Origin: a virus
Lineage: Duplodnaviria > Caudoviricetes
Reading direction: 5' to 3' (one strand)
Length of the DNA: 57,594 nt
Virus record (IMG/VR): IMGVR_UViG_3300009604_000012
Span: 1-57,594 of that record
Below, piece after piece: positions 56,508-57,594 of the stretch (positions are counted from its first letter, which is position 1; each line of letters opens with the position of its first letter). The position numbers were made by a program, and so were the translations under genes. The notes under the pieces were generated by a model. That model saw only the letters and a list, made by a program, of their open reading frames with translations. It did no database searches and was not told where the DNA came from.

Positions 56508-56746
56508 CAGTTGTCTCCACTCCGTTCTGTTTCATTCGCATCGAGCACAATTCTCCACGAGCCAACGGTGTTCCCGTTTGAGTCTCGGATTCCAACGACG
56601 CCTGCTCCTCCCGGCGTGGTGAATAGTTCAGGGTTCCGTTCGGTGATTTGCCTCGCTGCTTGTTCAAGGCATGCGACTAGCTCTGTTGATTGGTTCACGA
56701 TGAACGCATCGTTGTTCAGGTTGAGCGACAGGTGAAATGTTTTCAT
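56507..56746 (-). CDS. Hypothetical early protein
   Basis: AAAGGA SD; NDAF...IRDSNGNTVGSW. Confidence 0.7.
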   Translation of the reverse strand: MKTFHLSLNLNNDAFIVNQSTELVACLEQAARQITERNPELFTTPGGAGVVGIRDSNGNTVGSWRIVLDANETERSGDN

Positions 56747-56826
56747 GTTGTTGTCCTTTCTTTCTAGTTATAGGTAAGCACTCCATAAAACGCAGGACCA
56801 GATTGTCCTGCGCTTGGTTGCAATGC

Positions 56827-57009
56827 TTAGTCTTCTGACTTGTAGCCGCCGAGAATATCTGACGGGTTCACTATAAGATGGGAGCAGCCGTGGTCCTGCG
56901 CGACTTTATCTACGAGCTTAACAAACTCCTGCTTACCTCCAAGGTCTGCTATAAACTTGTCAAACTGTTCCTGAGTCAGTGGCTTTACGTGTGATGGTAG
57001 TGGCAGCAT
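56827..57009 (-). CDS. Hypothetical protein
   Basis: AAAGGA SD. Confidence 0.5.
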   Translation of the reverse strand: MLPLPSHVKPLTQEQFDKFIADLGGKQEFVKLVDKVAQDHGCSHLIVNPSDILGGYKSED

Positions 57010-57028
57010 ATGCTCTTAGTCCTTTCTT

Positions 57029-57334
57029 TTAATTGCCGTAACGATCTGAATATCCGACCATGCGATCCTGATAACTCCCTACGTGTTCTTCGAGTTCCGC
57101 TTCATCGATATTGCCGAACTCAATCCACAACTCCTCTCGTGCGAGTGCTACCGCAGCAGCGCTGCGTTGTTCAGCGATACCTTCCAGATACGCTTCTGCG
57201 AGTTCTCGCCAATCTTCAGCCTGATAGATCAACGCCGCGACTTCTTCAATCGGTGTATCAACCGTGACATCATGGGGCACATCGCATTGGTCACAACATT
57301 CAAAGTCGTAGTGAAAGTCAAGATTCTTTAGCAT
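57029..57334 (-). CDS. Acidic hypothetical protein
   Basis: AAAGGA SD; very acidic composition. Confidence 0.6.
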   Translation of the reverse strand: MLKNLDFHYDFECCDQCDVPHDVTVDTPIEEVAALIYQAEDWRELAEAYLEGIAEQRSAAAVALAREELWIEFGNIDEAELEEHVGSYQDRMVGYSDRYGN

Positions 57335-57351
57335 TCTGTTGTCCTTTCTCT

Positions 57352-57594
57352 CTAGTCATCCAACACCAAGAACCGACCATGCTCGACCGATTCGATTCCA
57401 AACTGATGCCATCGTGTAACGTGGGCGTAGCTCAGCAGGCAGTGGTTTCTCACGTCATCCATCTCCTGATTCCACACCAGTGCATTCGCTCTCGCCCACT
57501 GCCATGCCCCAAGTTCAGAGGTGATGCGGTTATCGCTGAACATGTCCCGCTGTCCAAGAATCGACGCGCTGATGTCTTGGTCGAGGTTGGGGAG
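57352..57594 (-). CDS. Hypothetical protein, C-terminal part entering from the window edge
   Basis: Frame is open from base 57594 (LPNLDQDISAS...) to the stop at 57352. Confidence 0.55.
   Translation of the reverse strand, partial: LPNLDQDISASILGQRDMFSDNRITSELGAWQWARANALVWNQEMDDVRNHCLLSYAHVTRWHQFGIESVEHGRFLVLDD

Noticed and set aside
1-57594. tRNA genes and alternative genetic code
   Set aside because: No cloverleaf was recognised by eye, and core genes are intact under the standard code with all three stop codons used.

Overview
The window reads as a near-complete, circularly permuted genome of a tailed dsDNA phage with podovirus-like organisation. There are four regions. (1) A leftward early region (about 3190->1, apparently continuing 57594->52460) with small ORFs, a MoxR/CbbQ-like AAA ATPase plus its vWA-like partner, and a long structured leader. 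(2) A repeat-rich control/packaging region (3250-5440). (3) A rightward late module (5442-41295): terminases, portal, scaffold, major capsid, tail adaptor/nozzle, two tail-fibre-like proteins with signal peptides, a GH108 lysin, several internal/ejection proteins carrying polyvalent-type domains, an exonuclease, a secreted serine protease, a PqqA-like peptide and an SPFH protein. (4) A mostly leftward DNA-metabolism module (41346-52466): DUF1599-like protein, HAD nucleotidase, family A DNA polymerase, N6-adenine MTase, UDG-exonuclease, tyrosine recombinase, SSB-like protein, Sak4-like ATPase, PD-(D/E)XK nuclease, GH5-like hydrolase and RepA-like helicase. The most striking observations are: a 24-codon PQQ precursor (pqqA-like) gene missed by the ORF track; a UDG-exo-PolA gene broken cleanly by a 904-nt MTase-bearing insert whose 3' end folds over the polymerase start codon; Sec signal peptides on both tail-fibre-like proteins; tandem ejection proteins sharing an N-terminal module fused to different cargo; and a ~470-nt structured early leader RNA. 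All assignments come from motif recognition by eye; no searches or folding programs were run.
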